From NCBI GenBank assembly GCA_045803545.1, contig JBJMOW010000005.1:1-64000 (forward strand): a stretch of 64,000 bases of DNA, given 5' to 3'. The notes under the pieces were generated by a model. That model was given only the letters and a program-made list of their open reading frames with translations. It was not told the origin of the DNA and did no database searches. The position numbers and the translations under genes were made by a program. The stretch comes from Gemmatimonadaceae bacterium. Lineage in GTDB: Bacteria > Gemmatimonadota > Gemmatimonadetes > Gemmatimonadales > Gemmatimonadaceae. Positions within the stretch are counted from its first letter, which is position 1. Every line of letters starts with the position of its first letter. Of the stretch, positions 62,996 to 64,000 are shown one piece after another.

Positions 62996-64000
62996 CAAGC
63001 GGCTACACCTTTGCGATCAAACACGCGCAGGATGTTGTAGAACGAATCGCGCTCTGCCGGAGTCTTCCCTGCAGATGTGATCAAGGTGATGATATCGTCG
63101 AGGCTCATGCCCTGCGCAGTGTGGGCTCCTGCTTCGTGATAGATCTTCTCCCGCACGACGGTTCCTTCCAGATCGTTGACTCCGAACGAGAGCGACGTCT
63201 GCGACAGGAAGGTGGTCACCATGATCCAGTGCGACTTGATGTGGTCGAAGTTGTCGAGGAAAAGGCGGCCGACGGCAAGATTGCGTAGATCGTCGTAGCC
63301 GGTCGTGGCTGTTCCCTGCCGTCCGAGCTCGATGCCGAGCTCGTTGTTGTCGGGGTGATACGCGAGCGGGATGTAGGCGAGGAACCCACCGGTCTCGTCC
63401 TGCAGATCACGCAGCATCGTCAGGTGCTCGATGCGATCGTCGACCGACTCGACGTGGCCATACAACATGGTGCAGTTCGAGCGAATGCCGAGCTGATGCG
63501 CGGTGCGATGGACGTTGATCCAATCTTCTCCGGCAAGCTTCTTGTCGGCGATAGTCATGCGCACGCCTTTGCCGAAAACTTCCGCGCCCCCACCTGGGAG
63601 AGTGTCGAGGCCGGAGTCACGAAGCGCGATCAAAACATCTTCGACCGACATTTTGTCGATCCGCGCAATGTGCGCAATCTCGACCGCGGTCAGGGCTTTG
63701 ATGTGGACGTGTGGGTACCGCGACTTGAGTCCGCGGAACATCTCCTGGTAGTACTCGAGACCTGCCTTCATATCGAGACCACCGACGATGTGAAACTCCT
63801 TGGTCAGGCCATTCGAGGCGTTATCCGCTTCGGCGTAAACCTCGTCCATCGTGTAGTGGTACGCGCCTTCCTCCTTAGGGAGTCGCGCAAAGGAGCAGAA
63901 CACGCAGGTTTTTCGCAGGTAGCAGACGTTGGTCGGATTGATGTGCTGATTGGCGGCGAAGGTGACGATGTCGCCGTGCTTCCTGCGATTGGCGTAATCA
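62995..64000 (-). CDS. mqnE: Aminofutalosine synthase MqnE (radical SAM), 5'-truncated by the window end
   Basis: Frame open to the window end (DYANRRKHGDIVTFAANQHINPTNVCYLRKTCVFC...); EFHIVGG, KALTAVEI, PGGGAE, TMLYGH.E, EKIYH.AGA. Confidence 0.88.
   Translation of the reverse strand, partial: DYANRRKHGDIVTFAANQHINPTNVCYLRKTCVFCSFARLPKEEGAYHYTMDEVYAEADNASNGLTKEFHIVGGLDMKAGLEYYQEMFRGLKSRYPHVHIKALTAVEIAHIARIDKMSVEDVLIALRDSGLDTLPGGGAEVFGKGVRMTIADKKLAGEDWINVHRTAHQLGIRSNCTMLYGHVESVDDRIEHLTMLRDLQDETGGFLAYIPLAYHPDNNELGIELGRQGTATTGYDDLRNLAVGRLFLDNFDHIKSHWIMVTTFLSQTSLSFGVNDLEGTVVREKIYHEAGAHTAQGMSLDDIITLITSAGKTPAERDSFYNILRVFDRKGVAA

Overview
A 64 kb core-chromosome window from a GC-rich diderm bacterium, most likely Gemmatimonadota. 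That assignment is inferred from gene content: lpxC-fabZ fusion, mcsA-mcsB-clpC, bshC, futalosine mqn genes and a PorV/PorQ-like barrel. Every credible gene from 1 to 40904 is on the + strand and every credible gene from 41180 to 64000 is on the - strand. The two blocks converge on an AT-rich gap containing a clear 28-bp XerC/XerD dif-like site (41005-41032), so this is probably the replication terminus. The + arm carries the 3' end of 23S rRNA, 5S rRNA, era, a small Trm112-like gene missed by the ORF track, a PorV/PorQ-like barrel, a Ca2+/H+ exchanger preceded by a candidate riboswitch, a GGDEF protein coupled to a zinc-ribbon/Pro-rich/RomX-like protein, frameshifted prfB, lysS, lolC/E-lolD, mcsAB-clpC, the bamA-skp-lpx operon, a Glu/Leu/Phe/Val dehydrogenase, rlmH, methyltransferase-bshC, murJ, uvrC, a PDZ-radical SAM protein, der-plsY-gpsA, MerR, surE-pcm, acyP, tRNA-Arg(CCT) and a TPR protein. 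The - arm carries mqnE-mqnA-mqnC, ispF, dedA, xerD, trpG/pabA, a beta-barrel, kdsB-pyrG-kdsA-kdsD-lptC-lptA-lptB (with a ~150-aa N-terminal extra domain)-rpoN, a GT2/GT4/flippase-like/YfhO glycosylation cluster and dapF. No mobile element, CRISPR array or prophage is evident. All calls come from motif recognition by eye; no database search was run.
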